The notes: generated by a model from the letters alone, not told the origin. Counted from the stretch's first letter, positions 32,795-42,163 are shown. The stretch: 64,000 nt of DNA from Leptolyngbyaceae cyanobacterium (GCA_965263355.1 CBDHHL010000032.1:3232001-3296000), one strand, 5' to 3'. Numbers and translations are program-made.

Positions 32795-33460
32795 ATGTTG
32801 ACAAATTTCTTTCAGCATATTCGTGCTAGGACTATAGCTTTGTTAGGATTAGCAGCGGCTGTTTGCTTTACTGCTGTTGCTTGTAGTGGTGGTGGTACTG
32901 CTACCACGGCAACCGCTACTGGCCCCAGTATTGCCCCTGAACTCGTTGCTGATTATATTCACACAGTGCTAGCAGCTGATCGTACTGCTTACACTAAGCA
33001 TGTTGTGAACCGTGTAAAGACCCTTGAAGGTAAAGCCAAGGATAAGGGCGTTCTTGAGGTTGAGTCTACTGAAGGCTGGCAGGAAACCAATGGTATTCCC
33101 TTGCCTGCTCAGATGTTCCGTTTGGGTTCCGAGATTGCCAATGAGTCTGGTTATTTTACCTATAACCTAATTTCTACTTGGTATATCAATGACAACCATG
33201 GCCCTAAGAGCGACTTTGAAAAAACCGCTCTAGTTGAAATGGAAGCTAGCGGTGAGCCCTATAAGGATTACCAAGAGGTTGGTGGTCAGGCATATTTCTC
33301 TGCTATGTACCCTGACAAAGCTGTTGCTGAAGCTTGCGTGACTTGCCATAATACTCACCCAATACATCTTGAGCGCTATCCTGACAAGCAATTCGAGATG
33401 GGAGAAGTTATGGGTGGTGTTGTGATCAATATTCCTGTTGAAAGCATGCCTGCTTCCTAG
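32795..33460 (+). CDS. DUF3365 / Tll0287-like monoheme c lipoprotein
   Basis: AVAC lipobox, PLPAQMFR, DKAVAEACVTCHNTHP, GEVMGGVVI; AGGAG RBS. Confidence 0.85.
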   Translation: MLTNFFQHIRARTIALLGLAAAVCFTAVACSGGGTATTATATGPSIAPELVADYIHTVLAADRTAYTKHVVNRVKTLEGKAKDKGVLEVESTEGWQETNGIPLPAQMFRLGSEIANESGYFTYNLISTWYINDNHGPKSDFEKTALVEMEASGEPYKDYQEVGGQAYFSAMYPDKAVAEACVTCHNTHPIHLERYPDKQFEMGEVMGGVVINIPVESMPAS

Positions 33461-33620
33461 CAGAGAGTTATCAGTTTTTCTCTGATTCTACTGGCCTGAG
33501 CTAGTTTTGGTCAGCCGGTTACAATCTCTCTCGACGTTAGGGATAGGTTTGTTGGTTTTTCCAATAGTTCTATCCCTAATGTTTTTGACTTACTTGATTG
33601 CTGTTGGTTCCTTAGGAGTC

Positions 33621-34214
33621 ATGAAACCTAAATTTTCTACCTTGATTATATTGACGCTCCTAAGTGCCTGTTTGTTGGTTCCCTTTGTTGTGAGCCCCAT
33701 CTATTTAGATGCACTGCGGGAACGTTCAGTAGAACTACATCAGTTGATTCGTGGTGAAATCTATAAGCAGGTAACTGGCTATGTTGCTTTAGCCTTTGTT
33801 GTTTTAGAGATGCTGTTATCGCTGCGAAAACGAGGACGGAGCTGGATTGGAAATTTGAAGTTACCAGGCTCTGTCATTTTGTGGCGTAGTCTTCATATAT
33901 TTCTGGGTGTAGGTCTTTTGGCTGTAGTGGGGGTCCATACCATTGGTTCTACGGGGCTTAATTTTAATGCGATCTTTTTATGGGTATTTTTTGCAGTGAC
34001 CCTTTCTGCTTTGGTGGGTGTCGTTGCAGAAACTGGGGTTTTAGAGTCCCCACGCAAGATCTTTGGCGTACCTGGGAATAAAGATCTAGTGTTGACTAAA
34101 GGCCCATTAATTCGAAATATGCGAGCTATTTGGCTGCCTACTCACATTTTTCTAGTGAGTGTGTTTATCTTAATGTTGGGTATGCATGTATTTCTGGCTT
34201 ATTACTATCGTTAA
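33621..34214 (+). CDS. Integral membrane protein, putative heme-b electron-transfer subunit
   Basis: About 5 TM helices; LSLRKR, WRSLHIFLG, VHT, WLPTHI, MHV (four TM histidines); AGGAG RBS before ATG 33621. Confidence 0.7.
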   Translation: MKPKFSTLIILTLLSACLLVPFVVSPIYLDALRERSVELHQLIRGEIYKQVTGYVALAFVVLEMLLSLRKRGRSWIGNLKLPGSVILWRSLHIFLGVGLLAVVGVHTIGSTGLNFNAIFLWVFFAVTLSALVGVVAETGVLESPRKIFGVPGNKDLVLTKGPLIRNMRAIWLPTHIFLVSVFILMLGMHVFLAYYYR

Positions 34215-34226
34215 AGGAGGAGTCGG

Positions 34227-34709
34227 TTGATGGCGTCTACTACAAAGGACGGTGCTGCGACTTCGGTTAAGGTTTTTGGGGCTGTTATTGCTTTGATTGC
34301 GGCGGTATTGGTGACTGTGTTGATTACTCGTCCAGCGGTGACGACGACTAGTTTTACTCCTCTCTCAGGATTGATGGCTTTAAAAACGATGGCGACTGAG
34401 GCCATGTCCTACGAAGTTGCGATCGCATCCCCAAACCCCACATTTATCGAGTTCTACGCTGATTGGTGTACCACCTGCCAAGGTATGGCCTCTACCGTAG
34501 TCGATTTGCATCAAGAATATGGCAATACCATTAACTTTGTCATGCTAGACATTGATGATCCCCAGTGGGCGACTCAAGTGGCAGATTACGCTGCTTCAGG
34601 GGTGCCTCAGTTTACTCTGATTGATGCTCAGCATAATGAAATTAAAACTTGGGTTGGTAAGGTGCCCAAATCAATCCTCGCTAATGTATTCGACCAGTTG
34701 CTTGGATAG
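34227..34709 (+). CDS. Membrane-anchored thioredoxin (TxlA/ResA/CcsX-like)
   Basis: N-terminal TM, EFYADWCTTC, GVP. Confidence 0.88.
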   Translation: MMASTTKDGAATSVKVFGAVIALIAAVLVTVLITRPAVTTTSFTPLSGLMALKTMATEAMSYEVAIASPNPTFIEFYADWCTTCQGMASTVVDLHQEYGNTINFVMLDIDDPQWATQVADYAASGVPQFTLIDAQHNEIKTWVGKVPKSILANVFDQLLG

Positions 34710-34723
34710 GTAACGCTCTAGCT

Positions 34724-34942
34724 ATGACACTATTAGATCGATTTCTTAAACTATTAGAATTTTTAGAGGCCGCCCAAGGGATTTTTGAGTTCCTCACCGA
34801 TCCCATTGGTTTATCAGGGGTATTGGCGATCTGCCTTTACTTTCCCATACAAGCCCTTGGCTGTGATGCGTCAGCTGCCGCGACGCTTTCCTGTACGGCT
34901 GCGCTGACTTTTTTCTGCCTGGTCAAGAAGCCTGATTTTTGA
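34724..34942 (+). CDS. Small hypothetical membrane protein
   Basis: 72-aa ORF 14 nt after the thioredoxin; two hydrophobic stretches. Confidence 0.5.
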   Translation: MTLLDRFLKLLEFLEAAQGIFEFLTDPIGLSGVLAICLYFPIQALGCDASAAATLSCTAALTFFCLVKKPDF

Positions 34943-34965
34943 GCACTGTAGGACTAAAGATGGGT

Positions 34966-35799
34966 TCAAGCACTGCGAGCTTGGATATTAGAAAGCCATT
35001 CTGCGGGAGCAGATTCCTTTTTAGGGACTCCTATCGCATCGGTCCATAGGACATTGGTTAAGTTCGCGCCTTTTAGATTGGCTCCGGTTAAATCAGCACC
35101 TGATAGGTTGGCATTTGTAAGATTTGTGCCCCGTAAATCAGCGTTTTGTAGATTTGCCCGTTGTAGACAAGTACTCTGAAAATTAGTGGCTGTCAGGTCT
35201 GCGTCTCTAAAGCATACGTCTGTAAAGTCTGCATGGTTTAGGTTGCTTCCTTCCAAGTTAGCGGCTGTAAAATTGGCCTTGATACCGATAACCTGGGAAA
35301 GATTGCTCCAGCTCATATCTACTGATGTAAATTGAGCCTGGGTTAATTGGGCAGTGGCCCAGTCAGTCTGGTACAGGCAAGCACCACTAAAATCAGCTCC
35401 TTTAGCCCATATTCCCCATAGCTGAGCATTGGAAAAATTGGCATTCTGGGCAGATATTTCGCAGAGTGTTGCACCATTCAACTTAGCCTTGGCAAAGTTT
35501 GCTCGCGCCAAATTGGCCGCAGTTAAATTGGCACAGCTCCAATCGGCTCGCCGGACATCAGCATCTGTCAAATCAGTCCACAATCCTTGGAGCCAAATAG
35601 CGACCGTATCTTGTAAGTTGGCACCAATAAAGCGAGCACCACTCACATCGGCCCATATAAAACTGCTTTTAGACAAGTGACTTTGAATAAAGTCTAATCC
35701 GCTCAAATTTGCTTGGTAGAAATTAGCCTTTGGTAGCTGAACACCAGGAAAACTCCGCTCAGCACTGTGATACCGTTGCCAAAAAGTCAGTATATTCAT
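34966..35799 (-). CDS. Pentapeptide repeat protein
   Basis: Tandem A(N/D)LXX repeats; ERSFPGVQL N-terminus. Confidence 0.92.
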   Translation of the reverse strand: MNILTFWQRYHSAERSFPGVQLPKANFYQANLSGLDFIQSHLSKSSFIWADVSGARFIGANLQDTVAIWLQGLWTDLTDADVRRADWSCANLTAANLARANFAKAKLNGATLCEISAQNANFSNAQLWGIWAKGADFSGACLYQTDWATAQLTQAQFTSVDMSWSNLSQVIGIKANFTAANLEGSNLNHADFTDVCFRDADLTATNFQSTCLQRANLQNADLRGTNLTNANLSGADLTGANLKGANLTNVLWTDAIGVPKKESAPAEWLSNIQARSA

Positions 35800-35860
35800 T
35801 GTACTCAGGTGAAGACGGCATAATCATGCACCCCCTAACTGCGCCTCACCTGAACCACAT

Positions 35861-36787
35861 TTATCCAGGGACGTTTAATGCACCATTTTGCTTTAGCCAG
35901 GTAACCTGCGTTTCGGTTAATCCCTGTACGTCAGTAAAGAGGGCTCCTGCTACCTGCGCAGCGGTAAAGTCAACCGCTGTCAGATTTGCGTTTTCAAGAT
36001 TTGCCTGCTGTAGGTTGACGCCTGCTAAATTTGCACCTGCAAGATTAGCGCTTTCAAACTGGGCACCCATCATGGATGCATTGGTCCAATCAGTCTCAAT
36101 CAAACTGGCTCCATTTAAAGTTGCCCAGTCAACCTGGGCCTGTATTAGTACAGCACCATCTAGCGTTGCCTGTTCTAGCGTTGTATTGAGTAAGTTAGCT
36201 TGAGCTAGAGTCGCCCCATTAAGTTTGGCCTCTACAAAATGCGCTGATTCTAAGTCAGCTTGTTGCAAATTTGCGCTTAGTAATGTGGCGCGATCGCAAT
36301 TGCTCCGGGTCAGGTTAGCCCCTTCAAAAATAGCTCCGCTAAAGTCAGCGTCGGTCAGTGTTGCTTTGACCAAATTAGCCCAGCTGAAGCGAGTGTTATG
36401 GCCGATGGCATTGGATAAATCAGCTTGGGTCAAGGTGGCAAATGATAGGTCTGCTTCAGTTAGATGGGCACCATGAAACTTTGCCTTGGGGGCGTGTAGC
36501 TCACGGAAAATACCCCGCTCTAAACGGGCGCGAGTCAATTCTGCTGCATCCAAACGAGCTTTATCAAATCGACCTTCTGACAGTACTGCTAAAATCAACG
36601 TGGCCTTTGAAAAATCAGTCCCTTCGCAGGACGCTCCAGTCAAATTTGCCTGTCTTAGGTAAGCCTGGGTAAAGTTTCCTCGATCCAGAGCTGCTCCGCC
36701 CAGGTCAATTTTACTTAGCTCGGCTCGACGCAAAGATTCATGATGACTGACTTTTGCAAGCACTTCGCTGACAGTAAGCTGGGCCAT
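35861..36787 (-). CDS. Pentapeptide repeat protein
   Basis: Tandem A(N/D/T)LXX repeats; GLTETQ..WLKQNGA cap. Confidence 0.92.
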   Translation of the reverse strand: MAQLTVSEVLAKVSHHESLRRAELSKIDLGGAALDRGNFTQAYLRQANLTGASCEGTDFSKATLILAVLSEGRFDKARLDAAELTRARLERGIFRELHAPKAKFHGAHLTEADLSFATLTQADLSNAIGHNTRFSWANLVKATLTDADFSGAIFEGANLTRSNCDRATLLSANLQQADLESAHFVEAKLNGATLAQANLLNTTLEQATLDGAVLIQAQVDWATLNGASLIETDWTNASMMGAQFESANLAGANLAGVNLQQANLENANLTAVDFTAAQVAGALFTDVQGLTETQVTWLKQNGALNVPG

Positions 36788-36908
36788 AATGCCAAAAATC
36801 CTTAGTATGGTATCAGAAGTAACACTTTGCTTTCTTTAATCGTATAGTACGCAACAGTTTTTTGGGATCCCCTATGAGTTAAAAATTGTTAGGGGCTTTG
36901 TTGGGTTT

Positions 36909-37832
36909 TCATGACATTTTGTTGGCCGATGGGGCGTGAATGGCGCTTAGTGTATGTTTTGCTGGCTGACAGCACTCTAATTTCATGACTTCTAAAAATC
37001 TGGTGACCGCTGGTGATGGGGGTGTTGTTGCTAATATGGCGACACCAATCACCCGCTCCAGGGGAACAGGTAGTGGGCGAATTTCAACAGTTTCTGGGAT
37101 GGGCATAGCGGCTAAACGAGGTAAGATAGCTGCCCCCAACCCTTGTGCCACCATACTCACAATGGTGGAATCTTCTTTCACGTTGTAAGCGACCTTTAGG
37201 GGTTGTTGCCAACGCGACCAATGTTCTCGCACGGCTGTGGTGCACTCGGCATAGTTCAACAAAATAAAGGACCGTTTGGATAGTTCCTCCCAGGTAATGG
37301 GAGTGGTCAGAGTATGTTTAGTTTTGGGTAATAGAACCACGTACTCATCACGGATAATTTCCCAGGTGGTAAAGTCTTCTGATCGGGGCAAGGGCAATAG
37401 GCCTAGGTCTGCATTTCCAGCCCGTAATGCTTGTTCTACACCTGCCGGGTCGAATTCATCCAGGCTCACTTCGACGCGGGGGTGTGCTCGCTGAAACTCA
37501 GCAATTTTAGGGGGTAATAAATGGGTGGCTGCACTGCGAAAAGAGGCAATCCGCAGACGGCTATTGTAGAGAGCTTTTTCGAGATTGACTTCGTATTCAA
37601 TTAATTCTCGTAAGTCTAAAATCTGTTGCGCGTGAGGTACGACGCGTGCGCCAATGACGGTGAGTTTGGCTCCTAAGCGTCCCCGTACTAGCAGTGGCAC
37701 ATTGAGTTCATTTTCTAGGGATGCGATCGCACGGCTGACCGCTGACTGAGACATGTCTAACTGCATGGCGGCATCGGAAAAACTGCCACATTGGCTAATC
37801 ATCACAAGCACCTTGAGTTGGGAAATGTTCAT
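36909..37832 (-). CDS. LysR family transcriptional regulator
   Basis: GSFSDAAMQLDMSQSAVSRAIASLE HTH; MVAQGLGAAILP. Confidence 0.95.
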   Translation of the reverse strand: MNISQLKVLVMISQCGSFSDAAMQLDMSQSAVSRAIASLENELNVPLLVRGRLGAKLTVIGARVVPHAQQILDLRELIEYEVNLEKALYNSRLRIASFRSAATHLLPPKIAEFQRAHPRVEVSLDEFDPAGVEQALRAGNADLGLLPLPRSEDFTTWEIIRDEYVVLLPKTKHTLTTPITWEELSKRSFILLNYAECTTAVREHWSRWQQPLKVAYNVKEDSTIVSMVAQGLGAAILPRLAAMPIPETVEIRPLPVPLERVIGVAILATTPPSPAVTRFLEVMKLECCQPAKHTLSAIHAPSANKMS

Positions 37833-37841
37833 AGATAAGAC

Positions 37842-37860
37842 CTATGCGGTTTGCGCATAG
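37842..37860. promoter_or_regulatory. LysR recognition site (T-N11-A palindrome)
   Basis: CTATGCG-GTTTG-CGCATAG, 10 nt upstream of the lysR start in the divergent promoter. Confidence 0.75.
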
Positions 37861-37946
37861 ATAGATTCCGCTGGGCGATTTGATTCTGCAGATCGGGCTC
37901 GTTAATGTAAGGGCATCATCACGATTGAGCAGCCACATTAACTCTT

Positions 37947-38450
37947 ATGTTTGAACTATATCCGTTTGAAAAGTTTCGAGATACGCCTAGCGTTCAATTT
38001 TTTGATATTACAGTTCCTACCTCCAATGCCCGTGATTTAGTGTTTCATGAAGGGCCTGCCATTAGTCCCCACAGTGCTAAAACCGGTGATTGGCAATTTT
38101 ATTTACACCCCCGTCAAGAAGATAATTTATTGGCACTATCAGGAGGGCGGACATTTTATCTAGTTAACTTTAATTGGGATTATCCATTCCATCGGGTACG
38201 ACTGGAGCAAAATGATCGAATCTTGCGGATTCCGCCCGGTACGTTTCATCGTTCTGAATCGGATGTTAAGGGGTCGTTGGTAATCAATCAAGCTGTGCGT
38301 CAGGCTAAGGCGACTGTTCACAGTGAGTTCCGAGTTTATAACAGTGCTGAGATTCCGAAGCTGCGGGCGTTACTAGCGTCTGGTTTGCAACCCATTAACC
38401 ACGGCTTTGCTGAGCCAGAGGAGATGATTGAGTCACCCATGGCTGCCTAG
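37947..38450 (+). CDS. Cupin-fold (RmlC-like) protein
   Basis: FRDTPSVQFFDI, QFYLHPRQEDNL, LRIPPGTFHRS. Confidence 0.75.
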   Translation: MFELYPFEKFRDTPSVQFFDITVPTSNARDLVFHEGPAISPHSAKTGDWQFYLHPRQEDNLLALSGGRTFYLVNFNWDYPFHRVRLEQNDRILRIPPGTFHRSESDVKGSLVINQAVRQAKATVHSEFRVYNSAEIPKLRALLASGLQPINHGFAEPEEMIESPMAA

Positions 38451-38481
38451 TGATTCAGGGCAAACGTTGCTAACTTATGCG

Positions 38482-38510
38482 GCGTCTACCGACTATCGGT
38501 GGACGCTTTT
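38482..38510 (+). terminator. Rho-independent terminator
   Basis: GCGTCTACCGA-CTA-TCGGTGGACGC followed by TTTT. Confidence 0.75.
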
Positions 38511-38578
38511 GTAATTTGGGCTTTTATCATTGAGAATAATGGCTATTTCCACGTAACCCGATCCTATGGGGAGCATCG

Positions 38579-39466
38579 ATGGCTGACTCAAAGATGACTA
38601 AACTGTCGCAGTTACCCTGGCCAGTATGGGTAGGCGCGTCCTTAGCGCTGCATGTGGGGGCGTTAGCTGTTGGCTTACCAACTATTTTGCGTGTAGATCC
38701 ACCGCCCAGCAGTTCCATAGATATTCCGGTCACGCTGGTGGATGAAGGCTCTCTACCAGCGACTGCTCCCCAGCCTCCAATCCCTACAACGTCTGTCCCT
38801 AAAGAGTCTGTAACTCAGTCTAATCCTCTTGGTGGCCAGAATCCTACGGTAGCTCCCCAGATCAGGCCTCAAGTTGTTAAGCAACAGGAGGCACCCCAGA
38901 CAATTACACCCAAACAGCCAGAGCCGACATTGCCGGTAGACACACCTCTTCCGGAGAAACCAGTTACTAAGCCGACTAACGAAGTCGAAACCCCTGACGA
39001 TGTTGACATCCCCGACGACTTTACGACAGAGACTCCAGCGGCTACCGATGAACCGGCTTCAGCCGATGAGGACAACCAAAATTCTGAATCTGACGTGGGC
39101 AATGGCGCAATTTTAATCAGTATTGCAGGTACTCCGACCGTCCCGAAGGGCACTCCAGGTGATTGGCCAGATATTTTGCCCGTCTTGCAAAGCACATCAA
39201 CGTTGAGTGTTGCTAACCACGATTGCAATGCTGCTATACCAGCGGGTGACGTGACCGTGGGGGCGTTGATTGGTGCGGATGGTTCTGTGATTGAAGTATT
39301 TGTACCGTCTGGGGGGGATTCGGTGGCTGCACCCATTGCGAGCTGTTTACTCATCCATGTGCTGCATGCGAATCCGGCTGCTATTCGGTTTAGCCCTGCT
39401 TACACGGGAGATCAAGCTGTTATTACTGATCGTGTGCGGTTAACCTTACGTTTTTCTGCGGGCTAA
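38579..39466 (+). CDS. TonB/TolA-like Pro-rich membrane-anchored protein
   Basis: SLALH anchor motif, long Pro/Thr-rich linker, compact C-terminal domain. Confidence 0.6.
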   Translation: MADSKMTKLSQLPWPVWVGASLALHVGALAVGLPTILRVDPPPSSSIDIPVTLVDEGSLPATAPQPPIPTTSVPKESVTQSNPLGGQNPTVAPQIRPQVVKQQEAPQTITPKQPEPTLPVDTPLPEKPVTKPTNEVETPDDVDIPDDFTTETPAATDEPASADEDNQNSESDVGNGAILISIAGTPTVPKGTPGDWPDILPVLQSTSTLSVANHDCNAAIPAGDVTVGALIGADGSVIEVFVPSGGDSVAAPIASCLLIHVLHANPAAIRFSPAYTGDQAVITDRVRLTLRFSAG

Positions 39467-39559
39467 ATAAAAATAATGATTTGATCAGAACGCTTTATAG
39501 GAAACTATGCTAATCTAGCAAAACTGGTTAAGCATTAGCCTTATCTAGTTATATATCCT

Positions 39560-39630
39560 GCGGGTGTAGTTTAGTGGTAAAACCTTAGCCTTCCAAGCTA
39601 ATGATGGGGGTTCGATTCCCCCCACCCGCT
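39560..39630 (+). tRNA. tRNA-Gly (TCC)
   Basis: GCGGGTGTAGTTTAGTGGTAAAACCTTAGCCT-TCC-AAGCTAATGATGGGGGTTCGATTCCCCCCACCCGCT. Confidence 0.96.
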
Positions 39631-39685
39631 TTAATTCTTAAACGCTATGCTGATGGCAGCATCGTCGCGGGCTTCTCTGTTGTCT

Positions 39686-40154
39686 ATGAAACTGCGTGAG
39701 CTGAAAATCAAGGTCTATGAAGCGTGGGAGTTTTTAAGTGGCTATCGCGGTTGTGTGGTGCTGCCTGAAAACTTTAAGGGCGGAGTGCGTAAGGAATTTG
39801 GTGACCTTCGGTATAAGGAAACCTGGATTCGAGCATTGGCGCGCTATGAGGCACGAGGTACTCAATGCTTGTCATGACTGTCTCGATGCCCATTCCCTTG
39901 TGCTCCATACCTTGAACTTCACGGAGGATCGGTGGGACTATGAGTTTCGCCACCGGATTTTCGATGAATTTCTCATCATTCCTGATGCATTGGATCTGCT
40001 CAAGCTTGGTTTAGAGCAGCTGATGTCTGAGTCGTTCTCATCCAGTGACAGAAGAGGTGTGAATGGCTGTTATCAATTGGTGGCAGAACAACAAGGAAGA
40101 GACCGATGCTCAACTGAGCTTGCTGGGCGAATCTCAATCGCTCACGCGGCATGA
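39686..40154 (+). pseudogene. Frameshifted hypothetical gene (~155 aa if repaired)
   Basis: MKLRELKIKVYEAW...ALARYEAR in one frame continues as VLNACHDCLDAH... in the +1 frame; removing one G at 39857-39858 joins them. Confidence 0.55.
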
Positions 40155-40169
40155 ACAGGTAGATGCTGA

Positions 40170-40425
40170 ATCACTATTGTCTCGGCCAAAGGCCACATCA
40201 TGGTTGATAGCCGTGTCGAGATCAATACGATCATTGTCATTGCCTGCGTGTACCTTATCATTGCCATTGCCAGAGAGAAGATTTTTAGGACTGTTGGAAG
40301 ACTGTGCGCGGTTTTAGGTTTATTAGAGTTGTTGTCTCCTATATTAGGCCTTTGGTTATTGGTCGGTGGTTCTACGACAGGCGTAATCGGCTCACTGACG
40401 GGAGATATGATGGCTGGTTTTGGTT
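40170..40425 (-). pseudogene. Decayed RTX/hemolysin-type Ca-binding repeat gene fragment
   Basis: Minus strand reads LLSGNGNDKVHAGNDNDRIDLDTAINHDVAFGRDNSD, preceded in another frame by PITPVVEPP..PNIGDNNSNK; no start codon and an in-frame stop upstream. Confidence 0.5.
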
Positions 40426-40529
40426 GATTAGGTTTTAGGGTTAGACGGTTTAATTGGCCCTGTGGCTTGGGTCTGTGTATGCTAGAACGGTAAGGTAGGT
40501 GTAAATTACCAGGCTATTACCGTAGATCC

Positions 40530-40910
40530 ATGAGAGTCAAAGCGTTTATAAGCATTGTAGGATTAGGCGCATTGGCGGCTGTGCTAATTGCCACTAACCC
40601 TGGTCAAGAGCAGTACAATACCTTTGCAGCAGAAACCCTACAAAGTGAAGCCCGTGCAGCCTTTTGTCAGGCAGACGAACTTGACAGCTGGCTAGGGGAT
40701 TTAGGTCAAGCCTTGGGAAATATTTGTGAGACGGCGATTGAAAAAGGAACCTTAATCGGTGAGGATGACCTCAAATCATTTATAGAGGAGAATACCCAGC
40801 GCCAAAACTTTTTGGTATGTAGTCTCTATACCACTCAAATTCCAGCGGTACGTGTCAGGATTCTGGCAATTTTTAACCGATTTATTCCCATTCAACAAAC
40901 GGTGGGTTAA
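40530..40910 (+). CDS. DUF4359 family protein
   Basis: TM followed by TNPGQEQY, TQRQNFLVCSLYTT, AIFNRFI. Confidence 0.8.
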   Translation: MRVKAFISIVGLGALAAVLIATNPGQEQYNTFAAETLQSEARAAFCQADELDSWLGDLGQALGNICETAIEKGTLIGEDDLKSFIEENTQRQNFLVCSLYTTQIPAVRVRILAIFNRFIPIQQTVG

Positions 40911-40915
40911 ATCCG

Positions 40916-42067
40916 ATGGCAGACTCTCCTATTTATCTTGACTGTCATGCAACAACACCGGTTGATCAACGTGTTGTTACTGCTATGTTACCCTTTTTGA
41001 CAGAGCATTTTGGTAACCCCAGTAGCACGCATCAATATGGCTGGACAGTTGAAGCAGCTGTTAAAAAGAGTCGTGAGACCATTGCAGAAATCATTAATGC
41101 CCAGCCAGAAGAGATTGTTTTTGCCAGTGGTGCTACTGAGGCTAATAACCTGGCAATTAAAGGTGTAGCTGAAGCCTACTTTAACTATGGCAAACATATT
41201 ATTACGGTACAAACAGAACATAGTGCTGTATTAGATCCCTGTCGTTATTTAGAATCGCTAGGATTTGACGTCACCTATTTACCGGTAGAATCTGACGGTC
41301 TAGTCTCGTTAGAAACACTTAAAAAAGCAATGCGTTCAGAGACTATTTTGGTTTCTGTGATGGCGGCTAATAACGAAACTGGAGTATTACAGCCGATAAA
41401 AGAGATTGCTACACTGTGTCAGGAACGTGAAATTTTGTTCCATACGGATGCTGCTCAGGCGATTGGCAAGGTGCCTTTGGATGTGCAGGATATGAATATC
41501 CATTTAATGTCGATGACGGCCCATAAAGTTTATGGACCAAAAGGAATTGGGGCACTCTATGTGCGGCGACGACAGCCTCGGGTCAACTTAGCAGCTCAGC
41601 TTCATGGTGGTGGGCATGAACGTGGTATGCGTTCAGGCACTCTAGCTCCACCACAAATTGTTGGGTTTGCTACGGCACTTGAGCTAGCTACGGTAGAAAT
41701 AGGTTCAGAATATAGGCGGTTGAGTGGTTTGCGATCGCACCTCTTAACATATCTCAACCAACTACCCGATATCCATATCAATGGCCATCCCACTCAGCGC
41801 CTACCTGGTAATCTCAATGTCAGCTTTGGTGATGTCGATGGTCAGGCGTTACTGCTAGGGCTGAAACCAGTGGTAGCACTCTCCTCAGGGTCTGCTTGTA
41901 GTTCAGCCAGTACGGCTCCATCCCACGTTCTCAAAGCCCTTGGTCGTAGTGATCGGTTAGCCTATGCATCGTTGCGGTTTGGCTTGGGCCGCTTTACCAC
42001 CAAGCAGGACATTGATCGTGTGGGACAAGCTGTCGTTAAAACTGTAAAGATTCTACGAGCACTCTAA
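40916..42067 (+). CDS. iscS: Cysteine desulfurase (IscS/NifS class I)
   Basis: YLDCHATTP, GATEANN, EHSAV, HTDAAQ, TAHKVYGPKG, SSGSACS. Confidence 0.92.
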   Translation: MADSPIYLDCHATTPVDQRVVTAMLPFLTEHFGNPSSTHQYGWTVEAAVKKSRETIAEIINAQPEEIVFASGATEANNLAIKGVAEAYFNYGKHIITVQTEHSAVLDPCRYLESLGFDVTYLPVESDGLVSLETLKKAMRSETILVSVMAANNETGVLQPIKEIATLCQEREILFHTDAAQAIGKVPLDVQDMNIHLMSMTAHKVYGPKGIGALYVRRRQPRVNLAAQLHGGGHERGMRSGTLAPPQIVGFATALELATVEIGSEYRRLSGLRSHLLTYLNQLPDIHINGHPTQRLPGNLNVSFGDVDGQALLLGLKPVVALSSGSACSSASTAPSHVLKALGRSDRLAYASLRFGLGRFTTKQDIDRVGQAVVKTVKILRAL

Positions 42068-42163
42068 TCCTTTGTGAAAAGGAATTAATGATATCAACTT
42101 AGCTTGATTAGCTGGGCATCTTGGGATAGTTAACTCGACATCATAAAGCGAGGGTGTATCACA

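Noticed and set aside
27044..34418. HIP1-free stretch as evidence of recent horizontal transfer of the cytochrome locus
   Set aside because: Gaps of about 6 kb also occur in housekeeping regions (15311-21215, 48258-54186), and HIP1 occurs within ccsA and the thioredoxin gene, so the gap is not convincing
34966..36787. Periodic DNA as a repeat array or CRISPR
   Set aside because: Explained by pentapeptide-repeat coding; their link to the redox locus is unsupported because they are convergent and common in cyanobacteria
40063..40427. Plus-strand ORFs 40063-40317 and 40200-40427
   Set aside because: Better explained as shadows of the minus-strand RTX relic and of the frameshifted gene
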